DNA of 64,000 nucleotides. Source: Flectonema sp. DT1601 (lineage: Eukaryota). The DNA lies in the NCBI GenBank assembly GCA_964019425.1, contig OZ025780.1:1612001-1676000 (forward strand), written 5' to 3'. Of this stretch, positions 34,201 through 48,200 are shown in pieces. The translations under genes and the position numbers were made by a program. How positions within the stretch are numbered: the stretch's first letter is position 1; every line of letters starts with the position of its first letter. The notes under the pieces are model-generated. The model had not been told where the DNA came from, searched no databases, and worked only from the letters and a program-made list of their open reading frames with translations.

Positions 34201-34761
34201 ACTCCTCGGCAAGAAGAAGATAGTTTTGAGTCGCCAAAGGAAACTTCTCCTCGTCCATTGGGAGGAAGTCGTAAGAAACCACTAATGCAATCATCATCTC
34301 CACTTTCACCTGCATCACCATCTGAGACTGGAAGTCCTCAAAGTACTACTACTGATCTATCTCAATCTGAGGGAGAGAGAAGTCGTAGCTATCTTGACAC
34401 TGGACGCAGACATAGTAGAAGTCGATCTTCTTCACCAAGTTTAAAGGTTTGCAAAAAGAAATCTCACTGATTTAATTAAATTATATCATTTGTGTGACGG
34501 AGTTTAGATAAAAAAAAAAATAATAACGACAGCTTCCTCAGGATACGATCCTTGAACGAATTCGAAACATTTACATCAGCACCGAGAAGAAGTCAGAGCG
34601 ACAGGTTGAACTGCTTCTTCAGCAGGTATGTGTTTGATATAAATAGCAACATATGTGTAATGTGTGTAAAACAATAATAATAACAGTATGCTGGTAAGGA
34701 GCACATTCTGTACGATACGTTGTGCCGCAGGCATAATTTATCGTTTCCTACTGCACAGTAG
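31300..34761 (+). CDS. ~1060-aa coiled-coil protein with IQ motif and EEEAARQKA-type repeats; introns 33865-33928, 34014-34081, 34447-34532, 34626-34686
   Basis: 871-aa first exon with IQAIARGRITR and TFTP motifs. Four GT-AG introns give an open frame ending YAGKEHILYDTLCRRHNLSFPTAQ*. Confidence 0.8.
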
Positions 34762-36346
34762 GAGGGTTTTTTTTAGTAGAATTTTCTTTTTTTTTTTTGA
34801 TGCCAAAACTTTTTGTTTTTTCTTAGACTGGTTGCGCTGCTAAAATTATTAGCAAAAAAAGAGCTTCACCCCCCCCTTCCACATGTTGTGGTTGCTGTAA
34901 CTACTTATTTGGTTCCTGTTCTACAGTTTTTCAGTTTTTTTCGTGTTTTACTTTACAGTACTTGTACGTACCTCTTTTTTTTTTTTTTTTTTTGAGAGTC
35001 CAGTTCCATTCAGGAAACGCAGTTGTTGTTTTTGTAAGTTTCCAAATACTGCATATTTATGGTGTAATGATCAGGCTGTCAAATTTTAGTCTACTACTTT
35101 GAAATAATATGAAATATTCAAAAAAAAAAAAAAAAAAAAAAACTCAATAACATAAATCTTTCAAAAAAAGGAATCGGCACCTCAGTTTACTTTGTTTTTT
35201 TTAGTTTTTGCGCGTAGGGGGGAAAAAAGAAAGAGTGGCGGCAGCAAATACAGATAGCGCAAGATCGCCCGTGGGATCGAAAACTTTCACAAACGTGCAC
35301 CAATACAGAACTTTGCCCTCGTGCACATACATAGTTGCTGTCCTTCCCCCATTTTTTTTCATTTTAAGGCAAAACTGCTCCATCAGGTTTAGGTTGAGTA
35401 TTGTATCTGAATTCTCACTTTTCTTTCTTTCTTTCTTTCCTTTCTTTCTTTTTGTTTGTTGTTATTTTGGTATATATTCTGGTTTTTTAGTCTTTCATCC
35501 CCCTGCCACTGATGCTTGTATAGTCGAACTGAATTTATTGATAGGGATCTGCATGAACGACTCATTTATTTGCGTCGTCTGTTCCTTGGTTTCATCTTGT
35601 TGTCAATTACATTGTTTATTTAGTATTGCTTCGCTCTGATGGTTGAGGCTTTTGGAATTATAGCATTAAAAGGAGTGACGCAATCGGTACAAAGGTACAA
35701 AGGAATACTGTAGTTGCTCTACAACGATTCTCTTTCTATCAAACAGTGGGTTTTGTACAGATTTCAATTTCTTCAGTCATCCGAAATGACGCTGTTGTCG
35801 GCTTGTCTTGTTGAGTGTTATTATAATTTTTTAAAAAAAAAAAAAATAAAAAAATATGTTATTATCAAAGAAAAGTATTGATGTTTCATTTTTTTTTTTT
35901 TAAAATTCTTCTGATGATGACTTATTTTAGGGTGAACTACCAATGCAATCTAAAACTCAATTATTTGATTGACGTTTTTTGATGCATCAAAGGCGCCAAC
36001 ATGTCGGGAAAACAGAAAAAAAAAAAAAAAAGATGTGTGCAATTTCTTCCCCCCCCTTTCACCCCACCACTATGCCGTGGTGGCTTGGTACAGGCTGTAT
36101 AAAAACCGATTATTGTTCACCCCCCCAACAACAAAAAAAAAAAAAAAAAAAAAAAAAGACGAATGATAAATTTAAAAAAAAAAAAAAAAAATCTTTTTTT
36201 TTTTTCTTCCCATCGTTCACAGCATTACAACAGTTATTCAATGTCATCGTTGGTTTATGTTATCTTAAGGTTCTCATCTTGTACAATAATATAAACATTA
36301 GTGTCTTAGAATACTTATTGTATCGCAGTGCCTTCATAATAACAAA

Positions 36347-38959
36347 ATGGAGGTGCAGGAGTTATCGGAGGATGCCTTGATTGCGATGGAAGAAAAGTTT
36401 TCTGGAGAAATCGATAGTTTGGAGGAAGCTCTAGCTTCTGTGAAAGAAGAAAATCCAAACAACGAAAGTGTTGTGGAGGAAATAGGTGCTGCTGTTGAGA
36501 AGAGCCGGTTAGTACTAACTGATTTACAAGAGGCGTTACATGCTTACAGAGAGGCTGCTGAAGAGGGAAGAGAGTTTACTGTGGAAGAGAATGATTTATT
36601 TAAATATTTTGGGTTCAACATTACAATGAATGATATTGAACAATCACAATCACAATCACCAAGTGGTAGACGATCAGCTTCATCTGCTGGAGTCCATCTT
36701 GGATGGGCAGAGTCAGTTGGTTCTGAGCCAGAGACTAATGTTCACGACATTTATCAAACTCGACCATCTCCTGAAGCTCCTCCGGAAGTTGTTGAATCTT
36801 GGAAACAGAGAGAAGCCAATCACGACAAGGCAAAGTTTGAAGTAATCGTCCAACAAGAAGTCGAACGCCGTCTCTCTAATTTGATGTCTGAAGCTGAAGC
36901 CCAACTTCACAAACGAAATGAGATGTTAATATCTCAAAAACTCGAAGAATTACAAGACGAAGCAAAACCCATGGTAGCCGACAGCTGCTGTCAAACAATC
37001 GACGACGGTCATAATCAAAGCGACTTAGCAGACCTGATCGGCGTAGACGCTCCTGACCAACTCGAAGCTAAAATAAACGATTTGGTATCTCACCGAGTGA
37101 GAATGGAATTAACAAAACAACAAAACAAAGTAGACACTCGAGACCAACATTACAAATCTGAGAATGTGAAGCTTCAGGAGACTCTCAGATTACTTAAAGA
37201 TGAGAATGGTGGACTTCGAGAAAGTAATGAGAGGCTTCTAGACGAGTTGACCCATCAAAAACTACAGCAGGCGGCTAATACTGAACAGGCTGGGTCTTTG
37301 TTTTCTGAGCTAACTAACATAACGTCCGACTTAGAACAACAAACCAAAGCGAAAGCAACTCAACTAGCAGCAGACTTATCCATCTCAGAATATGATCGTG
37401 AGAATGTGTTGTCACAATTTCATGAAGTTATTGCTGACCAACAAAGTAGTAAGTCTGAAGCAGATAAACTTCGAGGTGAATTATTGTCAACGAGGGAGAC
37501 ATTTAAAAGAGAAATTACCAATCTGGGTGGACAACTTGAGGTCGTTGTTAAAGACGGAACCAGTCAAAAGAGTACCATTTCACACGCACGAGATGTGTTA
37601 AACAGAGTTCTTAGAGAATTGTCAGTCAAGAGCTTCGAGTACAATCCTCCAGAATCTCAAGGTGTTGAAGGACTCAATGAAGAGACAGCGATTGATAACG
37701 CAGTTGCTCAAGCCTTGTCTGTAGTTCAATGTCCTATTTCTATAGATTGTCATAAGGTTGCTCCGAGTGAATATTATCTTGATAGACGTGTACATGTTAA
37801 GCTTGTTAATGATTTAGCTTATGTTCGGAAACCTGGTCATACTAACTATGAGAAATTAACAGATTATTTAAAAAGGTTGTACGCGCCTTTCATGGTTGAT
37901 TATGACACGTTGAAGAATCAAACTGCTTTGAGAAATAAATCTAACCAACAGTTGCAGCAAGTTCCACAGCAAGTTCAGCAAATTCAAGGAAGGACTTATA
38001 GCGACCTGCATAGAAGTAGAAGTAACTCTGTGGGACAGCAACAACAACACCAACACCAACAACAACAACAGCAGCAGGTGCTTCCTGAGAGAAGCGCTTC
38101 ACCTGAAACTGGAGACATGCTGAAATCAACGTTAAGAGAATTGTTTCAGCTAACAGATAAGAACATGATTGGACTCGTAACTAAACAACAAATGATACGA
38201 GGACTAAGACGATATCCGAATGTAGCAAGTCAGCTTCGTATGGTAACCGGTCTAACCCAAAACCACGCCCTGGAAACTTTTATTCAAGAAATACCAGGTA
38301 CCACTGATCGTGAAATGACTTGGGCTGATTTCTCACCATACTTTACAGAGGCCAGACATATTCATAGATCAGTAAGTGCGATTAATATGTCGTTACCTCT
38401 TAATAGTCCTGTTGACTCATCAGAACAACAGCAATCATCTAATAACACTATTAATAATAGTCATGTTCATCATAATATTGTTAGTCACATCCCAGCTTCT
38501 CATAGTTCACAACCGACACCAGCTAATCCTCCTATTCTTCAGTCTGTTCCAGAAGTTGAATTTGTTCAACCCCATAATGCCAAAGGTTTTAATGAAAGAC
38601 TTCAGGCTCGACAAACTGAGATGACTCGTGAGTTACTTCACGATGCTCATCAGCGTCAGGTATTTATTAATTTTTCTTTTTTTTCTGTAGTAAAAAAACA
38701 AACATAAAACACATCATTCATCACAGGGATTACGTCAACGAAAACAACGAACGAGTTCACCACAGCAACGAAGCTCTTCTCGAACAAAGGTTTGTACCTT
38801 TATTAGTATACTTTTAATATTGTGCTTGGCATTGAAAATAATAACCATCATCCTCCACAGCAACAGCTTCCTGAAACTAAAGTCAATATTCTCAAGGCTC
38901 AGGCACTCCGATCTCAAATTGCAGAAATGAAGAGAAAGCGATCTCTTGGTATTTCATAA
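36347..38959 (+). CDS. ~824-aa coiled-coil protein with a GAS2/GAR-like segment and an EF-hand-like motif; introns 38660-38726 and 38790-38860
   Basis: Long ORF. EYYLDRRVHVKLVNDLAYVRKPG..YEKLTDYL resembles GAR; FQLTDKNMIGLVTKQQM resembles an EF hand. Splicing restores the frame (alternative acceptor 38866 is also in frame). Confidence 0.75.
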
Positions 38960-39610
38960 GGTATCCGCATCATACATTGGAACCTTTATTGGGAAGTAAG
39001 CTCCCGATCTGAAAAGTTTTGTTATTGTATTTTTTAATTGTAGCGTTTCAGAGATATATTTTTTGTTTTGGTGGAACTCCTGTGAGCTGTGAGTGGAAAA
39101 ACTTGTAAAGAGGACCTTTCATTGCACTCACAGGAAGTTATTTAATTTGTCCCATCAGGGAGGATGGTCAGGATGGTTTGTTTTTTCCTGTTCGTTCACA
39201 TAGATTTAAGTTCTTTTTCTTTTAAATAGAATTATTATTAGTTTTTTTTTTTTTTTTTTTGTTACTTTAAAAAATTACCAACGAAGCTCCTCTTCCCCTT
39301 CCGTGCTTTTAGAGAGTTATTTATGTCGTGTTTATGTTAGCATTTCATCTTACTTGATTACAACAGGGAGATCAATACTGATAATGGGAGGCTACTGGAC
39401 ACCATTCCGAACACCACCAGATTCCTGTTCAACTCGCCTTTACTGGGAGAATCGTTGTTGCTTTGTTTTCCTTTGTAGTTAGTTAATACGCGGTATTGCT
39501 TAACGTTCTCTTGTCATCAGGTTACTATATAACAACAACAAGAGAAAACTTCAAAAATAATGATATCCTCAGCAAAAGCTTCTCGAAGATGTCACAACAG
39601 CAGCAGGCTG

Positions 39611-41551
39611 ATGAAAACGCTGACGTGTCTTTTGCTTTTGTTCGCTGCTTTTGGTGGCGGTGGTGTCGCAGCGATGGAAATGAAAGGACCCGCAATCGGA
39701 ATTGACCTGGGGACGACGTACTCGGTGGTCGGAATTTGGAAGAATGGCGGAGTGGAAATCATCCCGAATGAAATGGGGAACCGAATCACACCGTCTGTGG
39801 TGGCTTTCATGGATTCTGAACGACTGATAGGAGACGGGGCGAAGATGCAGTCGGCACAGAATCCTCTGAACACGATTTACTCGGCGAAGCGTCTCATTGG
39901 GCGGCAGTTCAACGACCGTACAGTGCAGGACGACAGGCGACTGCTGTCGTACAACGTGACGTCAGGGAAGCATGGGGCAGCATCGGTAAGCGTGGAGTAC
40001 CAGGGAAGCAAGACGACGTTCTCACCGGAAGAGATCTCCTCGATGGTTTTGTCGAAGCTAAAGCGGCAGGCGGAAGAGTACCTCGGAGAGGATTCGATTG
40101 AAAATGCGGTGATCACAGTGCCGGCATACTTTGATGACACACAGCGACAGGCTACCCGAGACGCGGGACGGATCTCCGGATTCAAGAACATCCGAATCCT
40201 GAACGAGCCGACATCGGCGGCGATTGCTTACGGAATGAAGGAGCGAGAGGGACAGCGGGTGTTGGTGTTCGACCTCGGAGGCGGTACTTTCGATGTGTCG
40301 TTGTTAGAGGTGGACGATGGGTTCTTTGAGGTGTTGTCGACGGCGGGGGACACTCACTTGGGAGGCGAAGACTTTGACAACCGAATGGTTGACCACTTCG
40401 TTCGGATGTTTCGCAAGAAATACGGGACCGATTTGTCTAGGAACAGAGCGGCGTTGGCAAAACTGCGTCGCGGGTGCGAATCGGCGAAGAGGCAGCTTTC
40501 TACCCAAGACGAGGCACGCGTGGAGGTCGATGGACTCGTTGACGGGATAGACTTCTCTGAGAAGTTGACGAGGTCTAAATTCGAAGAGCTGAACGCTGAT
40601 CTTTTCAAGAAGACTCTGAACCCAGTGGAACGCGTGCTGCAGGATGCGGGGCTGGGGAAGGCAGACATTGCAGAGGTGGTGCTGGTTGGAGGGTCGACGC
40701 GAATTCCAAAAGTGCAGTCGCTGCTGAGCAAGTTCTTTGGTGGAAAGAAGCTGCACTCAGGGATCAATCCCGATGAGTCGGTTGCGTACGGCGCGGCTGT
40801 GCAGGCGGCGGTGCTGAGTGGAGAAGATGTGAATGCCTTAGTTGTAGAAACCCTGCCGCTGTCTGTCGGGATCGAAACGGTGGGAGGGATCATGACGAAG
40901 GTAATCGGACGGGGGGAGATGGTTCCGACGAAGAAAACGCAAAGCTTCACGACGAACATCGATAACCAGGCTTCGGTTGGGATTCAGGTTTTCCAAGGCG
41001 AACGGGCGTTGACTCAGGACAACCGACTGCTGGGGCGGTTCGAACTGAACGGAATCCCTCCGGCCGCCAGGGGCACTCCCCAGATTGCGGTGACGTTCGA
41101 GGTGGATGAGGATGGGTTGCTGCAAGTGTCTGCCGAGGAAAAGGTTGGGAACACGAAGAATGAGATTTCGATCCAGAATTCGATGGGCGGCCTGACCGAC
41201 GCTGAGATAGAAGAAAAGGTGCGGGAGGCGAAGCAGTTTGAAGAAGCGGACCGCACCGTGCGGGAGGTGAGTGACGTTCGACACAAACTGGAGGCGGCAG
41301 CCTACTCTCTAAAGCAGCAACTGAATGACGAGGAGGGGAACCTCGCGAACGCGATCAACGATGACGATCGGGTGGCCCTGCGTGGTGCTTTCGAGCGTGC
41401 GATTACCTGGCTCGACGAACACCAAACTCCGGATCTTGCGGACATTGAGGAGCAGCTCAGGGAGTTCGAACAAGTAACGCATCCGATCATTTCTGCTGTT
41501 TATGATCAGCCATCTGAAAGTGGATCAACTGCTGATGATGATGAATTGTAG
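39611..41551 (+). CDS. BiP: ER-type Hsp70 (BiP/GRP78-like), divergent
   Basis: Signal peptide [48 protein letters not shown]-terminal DDEL. Confidence 0.9.
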   Translation: MKTLTCLLLLFAAFGGGGVAAMEMKGPAIGIDLGTTYSVVGIWKNGGVEIIPNEMGNRITPSVVAFMDSERLIGDGAKMQSAQNPLNTIYSAKRLIGRQFNDRTVQDDRRLLSYNVTSGKHGAASVSVEYQGSKTTFSPEEISSMVLSKLKRQAEEYLGEDSIENAVITVPAYFDDTQRQATRDAGRISGFKNIRILNEPTSAAIAYGMKEREGQRVLVFDLGGGTFDVSLLEVDDGFFEVLSTAGDTHLGGEDFDNRMVDHFVRMFRKKYGTDLSRNRAALAKLRRGCESAKRQLSTQDEARVEVDGLVDGIDFSEKLTRSKFEELNADLFKKTLNPVERVLQDAGLGKADIAEVVLVGGSTRIPKVQSLLSKFFGGKKLHSGINPDESVAYGAAVQAAVLSGEDVNALVVETLPLSVGIETVGGIMTKVIGRGEMVPTKKTQSFTTNIDNQASVGIQVFQGERALTQDNRLLGRFELNGIPPAARGTPQIAVTFEVDEDGLLQVSAEEKVGNTKNEISIQNSMGGLTDAEIEEKVREAKQFEEADRTVREVSDVRHKLEAAAYSLKQQLNDEEGNLANAINDDDRVALRGAFERAITWLDEHQTPDLADIEEQLREFEQVTHPIISAVYDQPSESGSTADDDEL

Positions 41552-42283
41552 GCCTGCTGCGAGAACCCTCAGTCTTTACAAACTCGTTCTTTCAATAAAA
41601 AAGAGGTGATTTTGGATATCTCATATCCACGCACCTTTTTTCTTTTTGTTGTTGTTCTTGTATCTTGTGATTATCTATTTTATTTTTGTTCTTTGTCGTT
41701 AGTTAGTATTTTTATTTTTTTTTGATTACTAACATTCTCTGATTTAGTTTTAAAAACCAAAAGACGTATCTTTTTAATTATCACCCGGCAAATGGTCTTT
41801 ACAGGACCAATTTTGCGAAAAGGGAAGGGACTTACTTTCCGCGGTGAGCTCGTTGTGTGATTGAAGGCAATCTCTTCTACAGTCGTTAGTATGTGAATGG
41901 TCTTAACAGGGTCAGTTCACTTGAAACTTGTGTGACAGTAGTAGTGCGTTGATTGTCCGTCTGTCCTTCTTCCTTTATTATATTGATAACGTAGAAGTTT
42001 TGCAAGACTCATTACTTTCTATGCATTTACCTCTTCTTTCTTTGGCATGGCGGTGGTCGTCGTTCCATCAGCCAATCGCTTCCTCTCTCACTTTTCCTCT
42101 CGCTTTGCCGCGTTTTCCAAAACTCTAACTCTGTTTGATTGCTTGTGGGCATTTCAAACTCTGCGGCAGTAAAACGAAAAATGCATCTATATTATGGTTT
42201 CGACCTTTGTTTAATTTTCTTATGGCGGAGAGTAGTTGTTATTAATATTATTATTATTATTGTCTTCAGGTATATTAAAGTGA

Positions 42284-45200
42284 ATGAGCGTGCGAGAGAA
42301 GGCAGCTCTGTTTGGAGGTAAGCAATCTGAAGAAGATGAGTTAGACTCTCTGTTTCAGCAAGTGAGGGGTAAGAAGCCAGCCACACCAGCCACACCAACA
42401 ACAACAACAACAGCAACAACAGCAACGGCAAAGTCAGCTGCTAGCAGCTCGTCACCGTCGACAGCAACGTCGAAAGCTGATGACTTGCTGTCTGCGTTAA
42501 TGGCTGAAGAAGAAGCGAAGCTGAAGAAACAAAAAGCTACAGAGTCTCAAGCAACAAGTAGTACGCCAGAACGGAGTGCGAAATCGAACGCCGCTGTGTC
42601 ACCTGCTGAAGCGAAGGCAGCCATTGCTGCGATCTCAAAACCGAGCGGACTATCAGCGAGGGTCGCGGCATTTGAGCATGTTGCCGCAGAGAAGATTCCT
42701 GTTCCTCGTCGTTCTCCAAGAACTTCTTTCGCAGGTTCGGCACCCCCTCCTGTTGACACCACTCGAAGAGCATCAAACTTGTCTTCAAAATCTTCAACAC
42801 CACAACATATGGATCCAAGTAGAAGATCTCCTCGTACTTCTCCAATTCCTTCTCGAAGTCCCGCACGGACAGAAGTTTGGAAACGCGAAGCACCAATACT
42901 TGTAGAGCAAAGGAGAGCTAGTGCTGTGTCTGGTTCTTCGAGTGGCCATTCTTCTCCATCACCAACTCCGTCACCTGTTCATAAGGTTGCTCCGATAGCA
43001 GCTGCGGTGCCGCAACCGACTGCTGCTAAGACCGCCACTGCCGCCTCTCCACCTCAGAATATTGAAGCTCATGCTACGGGAAAACCTGCTATCGCTGTCA
43101 CTGTTGCCCCTGCACCAGCTGTTGTAGAAAAACCGACTGCCCCTCCACCTCAGAAGATTGAAACACCTGTGCCTGCTGTGGTTGAAAAGCCGACTGCCAC
43201 TGCACCCCAGAAGATCGAAGCTCCTGTAGCAGCTGTGTTAGAAAAAGCGACTGCTGCCGCTGCTGTCCCTCCTCAGAAGATTGAAACTCCTGCACCAGTT
43301 GCAGCTGAGAAACCGACTGCTACTGCACCGACTCTCCATCCGGTGGTGCAATCTAAAGCACAGGTACCTGAGTCATCTGCGAGTGTAAAACCAGATGTAA
43401 GGCCAACTTCCCAACCACCCAGACCAGTGAATCCTTCCTCAGTTACAGCAGCCCCTGCGATAAGCGGGAGCATCAAAAGAATGCCTCCATCACTAACACC
43501 ACCTAGTGATGATATTGAGCCGCCTGCTGTTATTAAACAAATCGAAAGGTCTGTAGTTGTGAAGTCTGTAGAGCCAGTTACCAAATCAGTGGAGCAGGTA
43601 GTTGAAAAGCCACCACCTGCTGTAGAGAGCTCTCCAGCATCATCTCTCGTAGAGTCCCAGTCGAGTCCTGAACAGAGTGTTCAGTCAGCTACATCAGTTT
43701 CTCCTGTTGCGGCAGGTCGGCTTACACCACCACCTAGACAACCGAAACGAACAAAACTTGAAATCCTCACTGGCTCTTGGCGTGATCCTAATCAAAAGAT
43801 GTGGGTCGTCGATCCTTCAAAACCAGCTGCTGTAGTCCACAGAAAAGATGGAACAGCAAAGTTGTATCCCCTGAAGATAAGTAAAACAGGAGGAGTAAAA
43901 TTACAATCAGCAACACTAGTTCAGGTTGATGCTAAACAAGCATTGTGGGATGATGGTGATGCCTGGGTTAGAACTTCACAGCAGGGAGACTCAGCTGGAC
44001 AACAGAAACCATCTGTTGTTGAAGTTCATCAACATCGTTCAAAAGCAGATAATCTCCCTGAAGCAGAGTTACCACCTCCTCCATCACCAAAACCTGACAG
44101 CTCTGGTTCATTAGGCATCCTGAGATCACTCGCAGTTCTTGATTTGTGCTGTGAATCACTTCTTCCTGTAAATGACAGTTCTGGTACTGGTATTACTGGA
44201 AAAACAACTTTTTCAATCACTTTAAAATCTCAAGACGAGTCCCTTGGCATAGATTACCAAGACGAAAACGGTACGATCCTTATTGAACATGTTTCATCAG
44301 GGGGAGCCTTTGCCAGAGCTGGCATTCCCGCAGGTATCGTGTTGCTGTCAGTTGCGGGGATTGGAACCAACTCCAGAAAGACTTTATCAACGGCAATGAA
44401 AAAAGTAGAATCGGTAGCGAAGGGTCAGAAAATAAAAATTGTGGTTGGGCCGAACAAGAAACGATCGGAAATAGAAGTTCTATCCCGATGGAATTCTGGT
44501 CAACCGACAATGACTAAGGTAGCGTCAACCATGCAGACGATGTCTCAGCTACTTCGATCATCGAATGAAAATTGCAGTGAAAAATTAGCACAGGCACTCG
44601 ATGCTGGATATAGAATTGCTGCTGCAGTTCCAACAACCCAGTCACCAACAGGTAGTGGAACACATCCTATCTGTGTTGTCTGTGGTCAGCCTGCTATGAG
44701 TGGAGAGGAACGCAAAAGCGGATGGAAATGCAAATCCTGTATCGGAACATCTCATTCGGATCAAAAGATGAGAGGAACGATAATCGTTCCGGAGTTTAAA
44801 CAACAGTTTGCTAGTTTCATCTCTACCGTAACAAACCAAATTAGAATGATGAACGTAAAGGACATCAGCATCCTACCTGTTGGTTGGTCAAGAAAGCAAC
44901 CCTGCGGTGATCAACTTGATGATGGTGGTCACACAGTTATTATGGTCATTCATAAACCAACTGTTCAAACATTCACAGTTGGAATTGTTACTACCTCAGA
45001 AGGTAAGGAATATCATCCCCCAACTCCTCAATCAAAGCCTCCGTCGGTTGGTTGTGAAACCCTTCGTCGACTACCTCTCATCTTTAATGATGTCCCGACA
45101 CACTTGTTGTCTAATTCATTGTTTTGGTATTTAATGTGGAGGCCATACTTATACCCAGCACCTGGTAATGGACCTTCTTATTTATATGAAGTGCTACTGC

Positions 45201-48200
45201 CATACTTAAATAGAACCCCACCACGTAGTTCAGTTTTCGCTGATGCACCAGGATCATGGTGGCAACGACTACCGCCTGGTGGTGACAAGACTAGTGCAGT
45301 TGCTTGTGTTATGGCGATTCGTTTTGGTTTGGTATGTCTTGGTGTACCGGAAGACGAAGCAGAATGGATTGCTGATGTTCGTTTACGTGCTAGTCTTGTT
45401 AGTGGTGTGACTAGAGCTGTTGAACAGGGAGCTGTTCTATCTCATGGTGATAAAATTGTTTTAAATGAAGCAATCAAAACAACTGCAAGCCTGGCCTGTG
45501 TCATCCACAGCAGCCCTGATCATCACAGAAACCTTCGTAAGATTCTTGAACAAGGCACAGCAGCAGTTGAGAATTCAGGAGAACAGATCCTCTCAGCTTC
45601 ATCAATACTTCCACCAGTTGTATCAACTGACGTGAAAGGATCATTCGCATTTCCATTATGGGGATCTTTACTAAGACGTGGTGAGGTGGAATACTTAGCG
45701 GGTGATAAAACTGCTCCTCGAATCTTACTACCAGTTCCCTTGGCTGAGTTACCTGAGATTGTTAATTCTCATCAGGAGGCGATTATCGTTTTAAAAAAAG
45801 CAGTTGAGACTCTCACGTTATTAGCAAACCAACATTCATTGCGTAATTCAGTTCCTCTTCGATTCGCGTTTGTTACTCATTTAGTGTGTAGGGTTCTTCC
45901 TATGCCTCTTCATAATAGGCATCCATCAGTTCTTGATTGTTTTTGGAGAAAAACTCCTATGAGATGGGCAGATCAACAAGCGCTTCTCAGACTGTTAGGG
46001 CAGTTAGCAAGGCATTTCACTGCCGTGTCTTGTACCGTTCGTACTGATAGAGAGAGTGATGGTGCAAGAATAATAACGTCAGCTGGGATAATGGCTCTTA
46101 CAGATATGATATGTAGAATAAGTGCTCATGATGATCCAGGATTGTTTTCATTACATTATTCAGGAAAGGCTCGTGGTCCTGTTTATCCTTTTGGTATTGA
46201 TATGTCTGAACTTGCAACCCAAACAGATTCTTTATTGATGTGCATTCCTGAATTAGTAGGACTCAGAACTCAAGTTCTCGACTACTTCAATCAACAACGA
46301 CTAGAGTTACCCGATGATCATATTCTATTCTCATTTGAGAACGGACCAGAACTTGGAACTGGTGATGAACAATTAATAATTCAATTAGCTGTCTCACTTG
46401 GAGTTGATAATTATGGTGGAGCACATGCTGCTCGACTTCTAACTGGTGAACGATCTGAATTAATAGAGGGATGTGAGGAATTCATTATCCTCCGAGACAC
46501 TGCTTTCCTACTGAGATTACTACTAGCTCCAAACGTCGAAGATTTACCTGAATCTGGTAAGGGTTGGAGTGCTACTGACGCCTGTCTGTCTTGGGAAGTT
46601 TCCGAAGAACTAAAACTCAACGTTCTCGGTTTTGATAAAAATCTAAACAGCACTTGCTTAAGACCAAAGAAGAAAGTTGAATCACAGTCAGTTGTTACAA
46701 AATTTGTAAAAAGAATCGGAAATGTGTTTTCTAAAACAAAAACACCCAGAAACCTGTCTCATGCTGATCCTAGTATTCTAGCTGGTGAGAAAGTCGAAAC
46801 TGAAGATGACGTTTTATTTATTACAAAACTACCAGACTTTGACAACGCTCTAAAACCAGCAGAGTCAGAATTACTATTGTCGGTCTTAACAGCACCGTTT
46901 TTAAGAATTCCACTGGTGTTGGGATTCTTTGCTGAAAGAGAGCGTCTTCATTGCTTAACAGAACCGACTGTTCAGGCAGTTGTTGACGCCGCATTGTTCG
47001 AACCGAGTACTTTTCAATACGCACTTGAGCAGTGCCCACCTGAAACAATCCCTGCTGAGACTAGAGATCACCTTAGTACTTCAACTGGGTTGTTATTTAT
47101 GGAACTTCAGACATCTCCTGATGCAACCCTTCGAGCAATTGACGTCCTCCTAGAGTACGCTTTAGAAAAAGACAGCGGCAGATACGACAGCGTCAATGCA
47201 CAACTAATGCTCTACATAGTAAGATTAACCGTGCGTGTTGAGGGTTACATTCAATATATTTGTAGACACGCAGAGTCTCATGCAGGTATTAAAACCCACA
47301 CTGGTTCAGTACTCAAAAGTGGTGTAAGAGGACTGATTACAGATGTCTCAACGAGAACCTACACGCAATTGGTTAACGCTGCGAAACATTTACGAGAGAG
47401 CTTGTCTGGTCCTGTTTTCAGGTTCTTGTCAAGATGGGTAAAACGAGCATTGAAGAATCACAATACATCTGCAGCATGTCAAACGTATGCTCACATCGCA
47501 CTCGTATTTCGTAATATAAGTCCGAATGATTATGATTTCTGTTCTATAAGTAGTATCTTGGCAAGTCAGGTTTTTCTAAATAATTTCCATCGTTGGGGTA
47601 CTACTGGACTCGGCGTCACTGACATGGAATTAAGTGACACGTTTGAACTCCACAGAAGACCAATATGGCAATATCTAAAAGAACATGATCAAGGTCACAT
47701 CCCAGAAGCTGTAGTGAGAGTAGCTACACTCACAGGTGATATCTTTAAAGCGAATTCTGATGTTGCTGTGCAGCCAATTAGAAATTGGGTTCAACCAGCT
47801 AATCTAAGAGGAGCTTTAGTTCCTGAAACTCATGCAGTCACAGATGAGTGGATGGAACCACGTGATGGAGAGACTTATATCCCTTGGTTACTTAGGGTAA
47901 CAGAAGGACCTGATACGCTGTTGTTGAATTTTAATTTTGGAGAATTTTCTTTGAAGAGACACGAGTTGAAATTGATTCCTTTGGAAGTTTTGAAATTTCC
48001 CGACTTCGAAACAATATTTGGAAACGAAGGTGATATCCACTGCGCTGACATCAGCGTGACTTCAAGAAGACACTGGATGCGGTTGGTCGGAAGACGACAT
48101 GACATAATGCACTGGGACCCAGACGATAGAAGAGATATATCAATACCTTCTGGTATGCGTCGATACATTCCTTCAAATACTACAATGTTTGTTGATGGTC

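Noticed and set aside
34813..36380. ORFs in poly-A/poly-T intergenic DNA
   Set aside because: Poly-Lys/Phe translations of homopolymer tracts with no coding signal.
39592..41490. Multiple antisense ORFs over Hsp70
   Set aside because: Known by-product of GC-rich Hsp70 coding sequence, with no independent motifs.
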